In this document: positions 48,210-58,121 of the stretch, piece after piece
Numbering within the stretch: the stretch's first letter is position 1
How the letters are laid out: every line of letters begins with the position of its first letter
DNA from: a virus
Taxonomy: Duplodnaviria > Heunggongvirae > Uroviricota > Caudoviricetes
Virus record (IMG/VR): IMGVR_UViG_3300021256_000063
Span: 1 to 64,000 of that record
Direction: 5' to 3' (one strand)
DNA: 64,000 nt
Notes under the pieces: generated by a model
What the model was told of the DNA's origin: nothing
What the model saw: only the letters and a program-made list of their open reading frames with translations
The model's database searches: none
Made by a program: the position numbers and the translations under genes

Positions 48210-48605
48210 ATGAGTGAACTTGAAAAAATCTTACAGCCCCTGATGGAGATCGCAGACGATGAAACGTTCTGCATTCAGGAATACGAAGCTATTAAAGACT
48301 ACATCGAAGAGAAAGATTTTATCAATGTAACGACAGAAGACTGGCAGGAGATTGCTGCCCGTGGCTATGATGTAGGTTGGTTGATTGAATGCTACGTTCC
48401 TGAACTTCCAAAAGAAAAGAAATTAAATATGGCTAAACAGATTTGGGAAGAACTTGCAGATGTGCCCACAGTAGAAGACAAATGGAATCTGCTCATTGAC
48501 GCAGATTTCAGATGTTGGCATAAGGGAGTGACCGTTGAGGAATTGTGGCAGGATATTGAACACTGGTTTGGGATTAGCATTGCGGTTGATTTGATGAATA
48601 TGTAA
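48210..48605 (+). CDS. hypothetical protein, EDW-motif family
   Basis: TTEDWQEIAARGYDVGW...KQIWEELADV; paralogs at 48620 and 50304. Confidence 0.5.
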   Translation: MSELEKILQPLMEIADDETFCIQEYEAIKDYIEEKDFINVTTEDWQEIAARGYDVGWLIECYVPELPKEKKLNMAKQIWEELADVPTVEDKWNLLIDADFRCWHKGVTVEELWQDIEHWFGISIAVDLMNM

Positions 48606-48619
48606 AAGAGGTAAATAAA

Positions 48620-49399
48620 ATGAGTGACTTTACAGAAACACTTACAAAAATTGAAACAATCAAAAATACACATGAACGTGTAGATGTAAGTAACTTCTAT
48701 GTGAGCAATCATGTAAGAGAAAATGATTGCTGTATTCCATCAGAGGATTGGGAAATGATTCTGTATTATGATTTCGATCCTTGGTGTTTGATTGACGACA
48801 TTACAGAACACTGGACACCAGAGCTGAAACGAAAAGTAGCTAAGATTTGGTGGGAAGAATTTAAAAAGGTAAACACAGATGACTATGGTCAAACAACAGA
48901 ACCGTTTATGTTCTGGTCTGAGGGAACTGATCAGTTCGATATTATGGAAGCATTTAAAGACTTCTTTGATATTGATGTAATAGAAGACAAGGAGTTTATG
49001 GGCATGATTGGATTTGCAAATGGAGATTATTTGGTAAACGCACTTAAAAGAAATCAGAAGGAAAAAGAAATGACAAAAGATGAAGATTATAAAACAAAAA
49101 TAACGGACGCAAATAAAAAGGATAATGAAGAAAATCATCCAATGACTTCATATGGCAATTATATGAATCTTTGGACAACAGGTGGCGACTATGATGTGTT
49201 CATTATAATGAATGAAGCTGAATCACAAGGCAATTTTGAGAAAATCTTCAATAGCAACGTAGAAGATACTTGCCATAGTATTTTACAAAACAGCAATCTG
49301 TCCATAAAAGAAAAGAAAGATATAATTCAAACAATATTTGATGCATACACTGATTACGGGATTCAATTTTTTTATGTAAAGAAAGAAGGTGATGATTAA
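48620..49399 (+). CDS. hypothetical protein, EDW-motif family
   Basis: IPSEDWEMILYYDFDPW...KIWWEEFKKV. Confidence 0.5.
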   Translation: MSDFTETLTKIETIKNTHERVDVSNFYVSNHVRENDCCIPSEDWEMILYYDFDPWCLIDDITEHWTPELKRKVAKIWWEEFKKVNTDDYGQTTEPFMFWSEGTDQFDIMEAFKDFFDIDVIEDKEFMGMIGFANGDYLVNALKRNQKEKEMTKDEDYKTKITDANKKDNEENHPMTSYGNYMNLWTTGGDYDVFIIMNEAESQGNFEKIFNSNVEDTCHSILQNSNLSIKEKKDIIQTIFDAYTDYGIQFFYVKKEGDD

Positions 49400-49401
49400 A
49401 C

Positions 49402-49734
49402 ATGGCAATTCTTACAAAACATGCTTCAATGAGAATGATGCAGAGATGTGGTGTACAAAAGAAAGCGCAAGCAAAAATTATTCGCCGTGTATGGAGGCAT
49501 GGCGTTACACACTCTGAAACAACAGAAAGCATTAATTTAAAGAAATGGGTCGATGGCTTGTATTTATCACAACGTAAGCCAAACAAAATCCTGCTTTACG
49601 GAAACGGCGCTTATCTGTTTAAGGATGAGACGCTGATTACAGTAATTAATATTCCCGATAATCTGCAAGCTGAAGTAAACAGATTAAGAGGATTAAAAGG
49701 AAATCATATTAACGGAAAGGAGTATACAACATGA
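49402..49734 (+). CDS. hypothetical protein
   Basis: 110 aa. Confidence 0.45.
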   Translation: MAILTKHASMRMMQRCGVQKKAQAKIIRRVWRHGVTHSETTESINLKKWVDGLYLSQRKPNKILLYGNGAYLFKDETLITVINIPDNLQAEVNRLRGLKGNHINGKEYTT

Positions 49735-50009
49735 GAATGTATAATTGCACAGCAGTTGCCAACTTCATTGAACGCTACAGAAGAGAATGTGAAGCTGTCC
49801 ACAAGGAACCTGATATTATTACACTTCGAGAAGGAACGCTTGGTTACGGAAACATGGTTCTGATGTGTGATGGATTCAAGACCGCAATCATTCAGGAGCG
49901 TTACCTGAATTGCTGGTCAAGCGGTCACACAATCCGGTTGTACAACAAAACACCAAAGAAATACTTAATGCTTGTAGCAAGAAAGGAAGAAGAATATGGA
50001 GATGATTAA
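49731..50009 (+). CDS. hypothetical protein
   Basis: GGAAAGGAG site. Confidence 0.45.
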   Translation: MRMYNCTAVANFIERYRRECEAVHKEPDIITLREGTLGYGNMVLMCDGFKTAIIQERYLNCWSSGHTIRLYNKTPKKYLMLVARKEEEYGDD

Positions 50010-50301
50010 TTATGACAGTCGTCAACCTTGGGAAGACTTGGCTAACGGAATTATTATTCAAGCAACACACGATTACAAGGGAGCGTTGAAATATCTCCAT
50101 AATCCAAAATCAATTGATGGCAAATGGAGAGCAATTACAACAATCCATTCTATTAATCGATTCTTCAGGTCACACTGGTTTACGTTCCTGACGCAAGTTG
50201 ATCCTGAATACATCATTGAACAGCTTTGGATTCTGAATGGTAATGATGAAATAAAAGAAACAGTTAACGCAACCGCAATTAAAGCAACAGAAAGGATTTG
50301 A
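49996..50301 (+). CDS. hypothetical protein
   Basis: 101 aa. Confidence 0.45.
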   Translation: MEMINYDSRQPWEDLANGIIIQATHDYKGALKYLHNPKSIDGKWRAITTIHSINRFFRSHWFTFLTQVDPEYIIEQLWILNGNDEIKETVNATAIKATERI

Positions 50302-50303
50302 AC

Positions 50304-50669
50304 ATGACAGAAAGACTTATGAGTATCTGGAAACACGTTGACCGCATTGGTGACCCTGACCTTGCAGATGCGATTGAAGCATCGCTGGTCAATGAATATC
50401 TTGAAGAGAAATACTACATTATCCCTGAAGAAGATTGGGATGAAATTCAGACAAGAGGATATGATATTGAGCAAATGTGTGCTAATGCAGATGAAGCACA
50501 TGAAGAAGATACTGCTTGGATCGAGACAGTATGCGATAGTTTGTTTGATTATATGAGCGAAACAGAACCCTCATATTTAACAGATTTTTGGCGAGGATAC
50601 AACGCAGGAACAGAAATCTTTGATATTTCAATTCCTGCTTTAGGAATAGATGGCGAGTGTCTGTGTTAA
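50304..50669 (+). CDS. hypothetical protein, EDW-motif family
   Basis: IIPEEDWDEIQTRGYDIEQM; ATG at 50304 (the track's start at 50298 is TTG). Confidence 0.5.
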   Translation: MTERLMSIWKHVDRIGDPDLADAIEASLVNEYLEEKYYIIPEEDWDEIQTRGYDIEQMCANADEAHEEDTAWIETVCDSLFDYMSETEPSYLTDFWRGYNAGTEIFDISIPALGIDGECLC

Positions 50670-50714
50670 GATGTTAAGAGAAAAGGAGATTAATTAATAA
50701 AGGAGACGAACGCT

Positions 50715-51101
50715 ATGACAAAAGAAGAAGCAATTGAATTACTTGTAGATTTTGCAGGTTATTTTGACCATGATGAGATCGGAACCCCTGCAATGGAATT
50801 CTGGATTAAAGACCTCATGGAAATGAAACTTGGTACTGAGTGCTATGCAGACATTGATCGGCACGCATGGTTGAATACCTTGTTCGGTTATGATATTGGA
50901 TTCTATCCCGCAATGAAAATTGATAATTGGCTCTGGGGTAGTAAAGATGAGAATGGTGAATATAGGGATATCGAAACGCTGGACATTGGTTATAAAGATA
51001 AGTCAATTATCCAGACATGCGTAAAAGAACTTGGTCTTGACCTGTCATTTGATAAGTGGGCAACAAAAGAACCTGATGTATATAGATATGAGTTTGATTA
51101 A
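50715..51101 (+). CDS. hypothetical protein
   Basis: AAAGGAG site. Confidence 0.45.
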   Translation: MTKEEAIELLVDFAGYFDHDEIGTPAMEFWIKDLMEMKLGTECYADIDRHAWLNTLFGYDIGFYPAMKIDNWLWGSKDENGEYRDIETLDIGYKDKSIIQTCVKELGLDLSFDKWATKEPDVYRYEFD

Positions 51102-51117
51102 AGAAAGGAAGTAAATT

Positions 51118-51567
51118 ATGAAGAATGCAAAACTTATTCCTGTAACTATCTACTGTGATTCCACTGGCCTGTTCAGCGAAGAAGAATGTAATACCGACAA
51201 TCTTACAGACATGCTTTTTCCCGGATGGATTGTTGAGGCATGGTACAAGGAAAACGAAATAGTTTTTGCCTCTGAATGTGAAGCCGAGGGGTATGAGGCC
51301 AATCCCTATAACTGGTATACAGAGGTATATACAGCAAATGATACAGATGGTCTGTATGATTTTGCTGTAGAAAAGGGATACGATCCTATGTTTGATATGC
51401 CCGTTAACACACAAGATGCAGTTATTTATGAGAATTTAGAATATGAAACCGTAGTTGTTTTCACAGGAGATTATCTTGAATGTCGTAAATGGGCAAGGGC
51501 ACACGATTGGAAAATCACAATCGGTCATAGTGATACAGAAGTTGATCTGGACATTCTGTTTCATTAA
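51118..51567 (+). CDS. hypothetical protein
   Basis: GAAAGGAAG site. Confidence 0.45.
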   Translation: MKNAKLIPVTIYCDSTGLFSEEECNTDNLTDMLFPGWIVEAWYKENEIVFASECEAEGYEANPYNWYTEVYTANDTDGLYDFAVEKGYDPMFDMPVNTQDAVIYENLEYETVVVFTGDYLECRKWARAHDWKITIGHSDTEVDLDILFH

Positions 51568-51587
51568 TTAGAAGGGAGATAATTAAA

Positions 51588-51878
51588 ATGACCTACGCAG
51601 AAATTACTAAGAAAGACGTTGATGCTCTGACACTAAAAGAACAGAAAATTCGGATTGATACAGAAACACTTTACTACAGAGATAGAGTAGAACAGTTAAG
51701 GGAACAGGGAATTGAAGATTATAAAATTGGTGCTTATCTTCATGACCTTTACCATGAATACGTTATTTTTGATGATGTTGAGTTAGCTGATGCATATGGT
51801 ATTTCCGATGATGATTGGGAAAAAGCACTTGATTATTATTGGAATGATATGTTTGAAGAGAATCCGTTAATGGACTAA
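51588..51878 (+). CDS. hypothetical protein
   Basis: GAAGGGAG site. Confidence 0.45.
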   Translation: MTYAEITKKDVDALTLKEQKIRIDTETLYYRDRVEQLREQGIEDYKIGAYLHDLYHEYVIFDDVELADAYGISDDDWEKALDYYWNDMFEENPLMD

Positions 51879-51898
51879 ATAGAAGGGAGATAAAAGAA

Positions 51899-52222
51899 AT
51901 GATTACATTCGATCCTAAAATTAGTGGTGTGCGAGTTACTGGAAGTGAAATCGATGATGTAATGTACAATATCATCTTCCCCTCACAGTTTATTTCCTTG
52001 AAAGATTGCATTCGTAAAATTCGCCGTCAGGAATCAATGAACTGGCTGCTTGACACATTACGATTCAGTAAGGGAGAGCGTGCTGGTGACTGGTGTGCAA
52101 TTATTGATTGGGATTCAAACGCTAAAATAACTATCTTAGAGAAATATCCTGAGGTAGAGAAACAGTTCATTGAATACTTCGGTGAGAACTGGATGGAATA
52201 TTATATTAGATTTAATCATTAA
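51899..52222 (+). CDS. hypothetical protein
   Basis: GAAGGGAG site. Confidence 0.45.
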   Translation: MITFDPKISGVRVTGSEIDDVMYNIIFPSQFISLKDCIRKIRRQESMNWLLDTLRFSKGERAGDWCAIIDWDSNAKITILEKYPEVEKQFIEYFGENWMEYYIRFNH

Positions 52223-52238
52223 TTAAAGGAGAGCGCAA

Positions 52239-52580
52239 ATGATTAAAAAAGAATATAAGAAAATCTGTAAACGGTTTGATGGTGTGATGTGGGATATCGG
52301 TTGTGAATATCTCGCATTGTCCGATGGAGAGAGCGAAATCTTTTCTGATCGCCGTTATTATAATGTCGAAAAAGGAGTTACATTACAGTGGATGCATGAT
52401 AAAGCATCGTACTGGCTCAGCTGCTATTACGAACCCGGTCATTGCCGTTGTGATGACAAGCATGACGGAAAAGAGGGATACAAAATCTGGGTCTCAGAAA
52501 CTGGGAAGTTAAAAAGACTTCTTAAAGCAATAGAGAAATTTGGAGACCTTAATGTTTGTGTGGAAGAGAAAGGGGATTAA
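52239..52580 (+). CDS. hypothetical Cys/His-containing protein
   Basis: AAAGGAG site. Confidence 0.45.
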   Translation: MIKKEYKKICKRFDGVMWDIGCEYLALSDGESEIFSDRRYYNVEKGVTLQWMHDKASYWLSCYYEPGHCRCDDKHDGKEGYKIWVSETGKLKRLLKAIEKFGDLNVCVEEKGD

Positions 52581-52581
52581 T

Positions 52582-53085
52582 ATGAAGATTTCTGAAATGA
52601 TGGAAAAGAATTATGACGCAATCATTAAGACCATGAAACAGGCATACAGCGATGTGCTCCATGATCCCGTTTATATTACTCGTGTGGGGATTCATCCTGA
52701 AACAGGAGAAATTGATGTCTTCTATTTCACAGATTATAATTCGTGGATTCCAGACTGGCACACAATCTATACATTTGACTACAGAAATGAAGACCCGATT
52801 AAAATTGCAGAAGATAATTGGAGTGGTGAAATCTTCTGGGATGAATTCTACCCGATGTTAGATGAAGATGGTCGTAAGGTATGTGAAGAATATCTGAATG
52901 ACGGAAATAATTATTCAGAACTGCTTGATTTTATTAAATGGCGCTTTGAAGACGTCTATGAAATTTATAAAGAGAAACTAATTAAAGAAATCATCGATAG
53001 TACGGAAGAGGATTTCTTTACAGATATTCTTGACTATGTAATCAGTGATGCACAGGAATATGAAGATGCAGATTGGGAGGACTAA
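52582..53085 (+). CDS. hypothetical acidic protein
   Basis: ATG immediately after the previous stop (MKISEMMEK). Confidence 0.45.
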   Translation: MKISEMMEKNYDAIIKTMKQAYSDVLHDPVYITRVGIHPETGEIDVFYFTDYNSWIPDWHTIYTFDYRNEDPIKIAEDNWSGEIFWDEFYPMLDEDGRKVCEEYLNDGNNYSELLDFIKWRFEDVYEIYKEKLIKEIIDSTEEDFFTDILDYVISDAQEYEDADWED

Positions 53086-53089
53086 GAGA

Positions 53090-53416
53090 ATGAAGAATTA
53101 CAGATACGTTATTTATCAGGTTAGAGCGAATGTTCCTTTTGCTTTCTTGAATTGGAAACTGGCTAATAAAATGGCAGATTGGTCTTTCAAGCCTTACCGT
53201 TCTGTTTGGAACGGATATGAAGAAGCAGTTAACGATATGGATTTGCTTGGGTATCTTTTTGAGATGTTCAATATTGACCATCCAGAAGGATACAGAGCGC
53301 ATTCAATGAGTGTAAGCGATGTTGTCCTTGTTCAGGATATAGAGACAAACGAAAAGAAATATTATTATTGTGACAGCATTGGTTGGAAAGATATTACAAA
53401 GGAGATTAAAGAATGA
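53090..53416 (+). CDS. hypothetical protein
   Basis: Internal Met MKNYRYV. Confidence 0.45.
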   Translation: MKNYRYVIYQVRANVPFAFLNWKLANKMADWSFKPYRSVWNGYEEAVNDMDLLGYLFEMFNIDHPEGYRAHSMSVSDVVLVQDIETNEKKYYYCDSIGWKDITKEIKE

Positions 53417-53506
53417 GTGATATGTTTTCGGTCTTGATGAAGTCTCTCAGAGCGAAAACGGAAATGTGCTTGTGACAATGCCTATTTAAAAGAAAGGAAT
53501 ATAATA

Positions 53507-53716
53507 ATGACAATTTATATTTATGATAATGGAGATGGAACCGTTACTTTTAAATTCTGGACAAGTGACTTTGCAGCAGTAGAAGAAGTGTTTAATAATT
53601 ATTTTGAAGGAAGTCCGATGTGTAATAAGGAAGATGTCTTTGAAGTTATGGAAGAAATTGATAACTGGTATATGGATAATTATAATGAAGGCTGTGTAAG
53701 GTTCGAATTTGGCTAA
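53507..53716 (+). CDS. hypothetical protein
   Basis: 69 aa. Confidence 0.4.
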   Translation: MTIYIYDNGDGTVTFKFWTSDFAAVEEVFNNYFEGSPMCNKEDVFEVMEEIDNWYMDNYNEGCVRFEFG

Positions 53717-53821
53717 TTTTGAAGGATGCGTATTTACCCTACCATTTATACCAAAACATACTCAGACAGAAATAAATATGCGAAAAACGCACTTATTTTG
53801 AACACAGAAAGGGAGATAGAT

Positions 53822-54172
53822 ATGGGATATGAAAGTAAATTATATGTAGTTGATAAACATCGTTTTAGCGAATCGTATGTTTGGGGTGAGGTAATTGCCA
53901 CATTTGATCTTTGCTGTGTGCCGAGTTTAAGTTTCAATCGGTATCCTAATACTAATTGTTATATTATAGCAGACGATGGTAACACAGAAATAAAAGAAGA
54001 TCGCTACGGTGACCCGTTGAAGGAAGTCCCTATTCAGGATGCGATTAAAATGATTGAAAAGGCAATTGAAACGGAAGATTACTACAGGAGATATAAACCT
54101 TGTCTGGATATGTTGAAAGGATTTAATCCAGATAATTGGGGAAATCTAGTAGTATTACATTATGGTCACTAA
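53822..54172 (+). CDS. hypothetical protein
   Basis: AGGGAGATAGAT then ATG (MGYESKLYVV). Confidence 0.45.
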   Translation: MGYESKLYVVDKHRFSESYVWGEVIATFDLCCVPSLSFNRYPNTNCYIIADDGNTEIKEDRYGDPLKEVPIQDAIKMIEKAIETEDYYRRYKPCLDMLKGFNPDNWGNLVVLHYGH

Positions 54173-54190
54173 AGAAATAAAAATTAAATA

Positions 54191-54219
54191 TTGACAAAAT
54201 AATATTTTATTATTATAAT
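54191..54219 (+). promoter_or_regulatory. consensus sigma70 promoter TTGACA-17-TATAAT
   Basis: ttgacaaaataatattttattattataat is an exact match to consensus. Confidence 0.6.
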
Positions 54220-54221
54220 TA

Positions 54222-54319
54222 GTGGGTGGCGGGAGGGTTAAGATAATAATATATATTGGTATTAATATATTATAGAAATATATATTATATTATTAGTATC
54301 ACCCGCCCCGTCCACCCTC
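54222..54319 (+). other. GC-clamp imperfect inverted repeat (GTGGGTGGCGGGAGGG ... CACCCGCCCCGTCCACCCTC) enclosing a 60-nt AT-only loop
   Basis: Lies immediately downstream of the consensus promoter at 54191-54219. It could be a hairpin RNA, an attenuator or a DNA-unwinding element. Confidence 0.45.
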
Positions 54320-54430
54320 TATTATACAGGATAAAAAACATTTTGTAAATAGATAATTAAAGAAGATAATTATTAAAAAAATATAAACAATAGAAAATTA
54401 AATATGAAGCTATATAATGCTTGACAAGTA

Positions 54431-54460
54431 AGGCATGTAAATGTTATAGTTTATACACAA
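54431..54460 (+). promoter_or_regulatory. sigma70-like promoter TTGACA-18-TATAGT
   Basis: Lies upstream of the gene at 54488. Confidence 0.45.
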
Positions 54461-54487
54461 ACAAATTGTTAGAAAGGAGTTGGTTAT

Positions 54488-55039
54488 ATGATTGGACTGA
54501 TCATTATTCTTGTTTTTCCGTTTATATATTTCTATACACAAATGAATAATTTTAATGAAAAGACGGGGGCTATTAGAAAAGCGATTGAAGAGGGAAAAGA
54601 GACTTATATTGATACAGTCGATATGTGTGAACGTTGGACAGTAACTGGCGAAAAAGTATATCATTGCAAATGGGTATATACCAGCAAGAAAACGGAAGAT
54701 GCTATTGAAGGTGACAGTGTTCTAATGGGACTTAATACGCATAAGGTATACAGAAACTATTCAAAAGAAAAATATATAGCAGATATTCAATGGCGAATGG
54801 ATCATGGGATATGTTGGTGTTGGGAAAGACATGCGTTTAATGAAAAAACAAAAGAAGATTATCTTCTCCATTATCATATGAAAGACAAATATTTTTATCG
54901 ACTTGGCTGGGACAACGCAACTCATAATTATTGTATTACATATCATAACACTGATAAAAAAGAAATTATTTCTTATGAAAAGTATAAAGAATATGGCGGT
55001 TTTGATATAAAAGATAGAACAAGGGGGTACAGAAGATGA
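54488..55039 (+). CDS. hypothetical protein with an N-terminal TM segment
   Basis: GAAAGGAG site; 183 aa. Confidence 0.5.
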   Translation: MIGLIIILVFPFIYFYTQMNNFNEKTGAIRKAIEEGKETYIDTVDMCERWTVTGEKVYHCKWVYTSKKTEDAIEGDSVLMGLNTHKVYRNYSKEKYIADIQWRMDHGICWCWERHAFNEKTKEDYLLHYHMKDKYFYRLGWDNATHNYCITYHNTDKKEIISYEKYKEYGGFDIKDRTRGYRR

Positions 55040-56082
55040 CGGGTAAACAGTTAGATAACGAAATGTTTGATAAGAAAATTGCCGATGTCATTAGTAAGAA
55101 TCCAGATAAGCCTTATTTAGAAGGGTTTAAGAACTGGGCAAAAAGTGGTACAAAACGATCACGTAGAACCATTTACAACTATCTGTTATATGTACTTCAT
55201 TTTTTAAATTATGTACAGAAGGATATAACAGAAATTGAATTGGATGATTACACAAGCTACGCAGATGCTCAGAGTAAATTATCATCTTCCAACCAGATTG
55301 CAAAATACTCTGCAATTAAGTGTTTTGCGAAGTATTTAAAAGCATCCAGAAAAATTAAATATAACTTTATGGAAGATGCAGAGCGCCCTAAATTTATTGA
55401 GAGTCAGGAAACAAAAGAGAAAAGACAAAGAAAACACTTGACCATTAAACAGATGCATCAAATGTTCAGGAACATTGAAATTGGTGTTGGTAATGAACGG
55501 GCACTCTGGTTACAAAATGAATACCGATCCAGAGATATGGCAATTGTTATGGTGTTCTTAACAACTGGAATTCGTATTACCGCTCTTAAAAACATGAATG
55601 TTTCAGATGTGGATTTTGAAAATAGCTGCATCAGAGTTACAGATAAAGGTGATAAAGTAAATTTGCACAACATCCCAGAGGAAACAAAAACTGTATTAAG
55701 AAAATGGTTGCTTAAAAGGGAAGAAATTCTTACTAAAGCAAATAAAATGGATGAGCAAGCGCTGTTTATTTCAAATGAAAAGAGACGACTGTCTGACACA
55801 GGAATCCGTTCTGTAGTTGACAAATATTCCAGATCAATTACTGATGGAGATGAAAAAATCACGCCACATGCTCTTCGTGCTACTTTTGGGACACTTCTTT
55901 ATGACAGAACACACGATATTGAATTGGTGAGACAACAGATGAATCATGAATCTGTTGCCACAACGCAAAGATATATCCGTGGTAATGAAGAAGCCAACAG
56001 AAAAAGAACCGCAGATGTTATGGGTAGTATCATTTCTTCTGGAAAGAAGAGAGACACAGGCAGCTTATTTGGAGAGGAGTAA
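55036..56082 (+). CDS. tyrosine recombinase / phage integrase family
   Basis: TGIRITAL (Arg), HALRATFGT (HxxR) and ATTQRYI (Tyr) at the C-terminus. Confidence 0.8.
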   Translation: MTGKQLDNEMFDKKIADVISKNPDKPYLEGFKNWAKSGTKRSRRTIYNYLLYVLHFLNYVQKDITEIELDDYTSYADAQSKLSSSNQIAKYSAIKCFAKYLKASRKIKYNFMEDAERPKFIESQETKEKRQRKHLTIKQMHQMFRNIEIGVGNERALWLQNEYRSRDMAIVMVFLTTGIRITALKNMNVSDVDFENSCIRVTDKGDKVNLHNIPEETKTVLRKWLLKREEILTKANKMDEQALFISNEKRRLSDTGIRSVVDKYSRSITDGDEKITPHALRATFGTLLYDRTHDIELVRQQMNHESVATTQRYIRGNEEANRKRTADVMGSIISSGKKRDTGSLFGEE

Positions 56083-56087
56083 TAGTT

Positions 56088-56492
56088 ATGTTTCAAACGA
56101 CTTTTTATAGATTTGAACCAGTAACTATAGATGATATGGAAGAAATCCGTAATAGAGATGGATTGGGATTTGTTATTAAAGCGGACACAACAGAAGAAAT
56201 TCAAAAATATGTTGATTGGCTTAGTTCTTTAACACCGTATGAAGATCATATGGCAACTTATATTATTATTACTGGAGAAATACTTAATAAATATTATAGT
56301 ACAATATGGAACTATAAAAAATTGTATCCAAATAATATGATACTCCTTGGATTTTACTTGGATGAAATGGAAGATAGAGACGCCGTAATAGACGCACTTA
56401 AAATTGATGATCTTCTTTGGTTAGAAGATATTATTAGAGGGTTTTATATTAATGAAGTTATTGATAAATGGAGAAAAATAAATGACCTTTAA
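56088..56492 (+). CDS. hypothetical protein
   Basis: GGAGAGGAG site. Confidence 0.45.
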   Translation: MFQTTFYRFEPVTIDDMEEIRNRDGLGFVIKADTTEEIQKYVDWLSSLTPYEDHMATYIIITGEILNKYYSTIWNYKKLYPNNMILLGFYLDEMEDRDAVIDALKIDDLLWLEDIIRGFYINEVIDKWRKINDL

Positions 56493-56778
56493 TGAAATGA
56501 CACGACAGATATACGACATATCTCATAAGCATCATATTAATCATGAAACAAAAACACTGGCTCAGTTCCGTAAAGAATTGTCCTCATATTTTGAACAGGC
56601 ACCCCGGTTACCAACGCAAATCGCTTTTGAGATGGAAATGAAAGATGGATACTGGTATTGTGTAGCTATCAAATCGGCTTGGGGCTACGACTACTACATT
56701 CCTGACACACGTAAAGATGAAGAACGATTAAAAAAGGAAACAGGCTATTATGACACCTCAACAGATACGTATAAATAA
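56482..56778 (+). CDS. hypothetical protein
   Basis: 98 aa. Confidence 0.4.
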   Translation: MTFNEMTRQIYDISHKHHINHETKTLAQFRKELSSYFEQAPRLPTQIAFEMEMKDGYWYCVAIKSAWGYDYYIPDTRKDEERLKKETGYYDTSTDTYK

Positions 56779-56941
56779 TCTTTTAGATCTTATGACTATG
56801 CTTGATAATGCAATTATAGCAGAGATAAGAGAAACTAATCGAGATAAAGGACATTCAGCAGAAAGAATAGAAGAAACACTTAAATATTGGATTGATGATA
56901 GAATCGCTTTTATGAAACGAGAGGAAGAAAATAATGACTGA
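56750..56941 (+). CDS. hypothetical protein
   Basis: 63 aa. Confidence 0.35.
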   Translation: MTPQQIRINNLLDLMTMLDNAIIAEIRETNRDKGHSAERIEETLKYWIDDRIAFMKREEENND

Positions 56942-57116
56942 TAAACGAATCAAAATGGAATGTCCGTTTTGTCACTGTCCACCAGAACAAATACAACTTA
57001 TACCTTTAAGCAAAATAGCTAATAATGGATGGCGAGTTAAATGTCCCAACTGTCGTGCTACATTTGATACTTGGACAAACAAACAAGAAGCAATCAATAT
57101 GTGGAATAGAAGATAA
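56934..57116 (+). CDS. zinc-ribbon small protein
   Basis: CPFCHC...CPNC. Confidence 0.4.
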   Translation: MTDKRIKMECPFCHCPPEQIQLIPLSKIANNGWRVKCPNCRATFDTWTNKQEAINMWNRR

Positions 57117-57133
57117 AAAAGGAGATTAAAAGA

Positions 57134-57517
57134 ATGAATAACCAGAGAAGAAAAGAACTTAACAACATCACTGCTACTATGGAGAACGTCTCTACGCCTG
57201 TTGATATTGAACAGCTTGAGGGAATTAAATCTGACATCGAAATGGTGCTCATGGATGAAGAAATGGCTTTTGATTCCATGCCTGAGAATCTTCAGTATAG
57301 CATGCGTGGTGAAATGAGTCAGGAAGCACAGGATAATATGAACGAAGCCATTGATGCAATTGATGAGTTCATTTCTGAGTATGAGGATTATGAGACTGAT
57401 CAGATTCATGACCTCGATGAAAACGAGGACGAGGATGACGATGAAAGCGAAATTGAAGACAGACTTCAGGATCTGATTAATGACGTGGTTGAGTATCTGG
57501 AGGCCGCGGCTGAATAA
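57134..57517 (+). CDS. acidic hypothetical protein
   Basis: AAAGGAG site; D/E-rich. Confidence 0.45.
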   Translation: MNNQRRKELNNITATMENVSTPVDIEQLEGIKSDIEMVLMDEEMAFDSMPENLQYSMRGEMSQEAQDNMNEAIDAIDEFISEYEDYETDQIHDLDENEDEDDDESEIEDRLQDLINDVVEYLEAAAE

Positions 57518-57531
57518 TATAAGGAGAATAC

Positions 57532-57861
57532 ATGGCTTTACCAAAATCAGAAAAGCAAAAAATTTTTGATATAGTAAGAAGACTTACGAACGAATATAGA
57601 AAAGAATGTAAAGTAGAAATATCTACTATTCGTGATGCAAATGGCAATTTGAAATTAATAATGGAAGATGAATATGTGCAAGCTGTTGCATCTTATTCAG
57701 TACAAGATTTCGAATATATAGGGTATTATATTATGCGACAGCATCCCGGAGATTTAGCTCTTTATTTTGGAATATACTGGCAAAACGAATTAAAAAAATT
57801 ACATTCGATTTATTTTAAAAAATTAAAAGAACAAGCTTTTGAAGTAATGGGGTGGTCTTAA
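57532..57861 (+). CDS. hypothetical protein
   Basis: AAGGAG site. Confidence 0.45.
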   Translation: MALPKSEKQKIFDIVRRLTNEYRKECKVEISTIRDANGNLKLIMEDEYVQAVASYSVQDFEYIGYYIMRQHPGDLALYFGIYWQNELKKLHSIYFKKLKEQAFEVMGWS

Positions 57862-58091
57862 TGAAAGGAATCAGATATCTTGAAGGAAAATATGGAATCA
57901 AAGTAATAGATGATAGTTTTTATAACCCTTTTACAAAGAAGTGGCGTAAATTATATAAAATTTATACCGCTGATGGTTGCCTGTGGAAAAACGGGCTAAC
58001 ATATCGGGGACTCCAGCAAGAGATCAAAGCATCGGCAAATATATTCTTACAAATTAAAGCAAATACATTGACAGAAAATATAATTATATGA
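57852..58091 (+). CDS. hypothetical protein
   Basis: 79 aa. Confidence 0.4.
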   Translation: MVLMKGIRYLEGKYGIKVIDDSFYNPFTKKWRKLYKIYTADGCLWKNGLTYRGLQQEIKASANIFLQIKANTLTENIII

Positions 58092-58121
58092 TACCATTCC
58101 AGTATAGAAAGGAGGCTTCAA

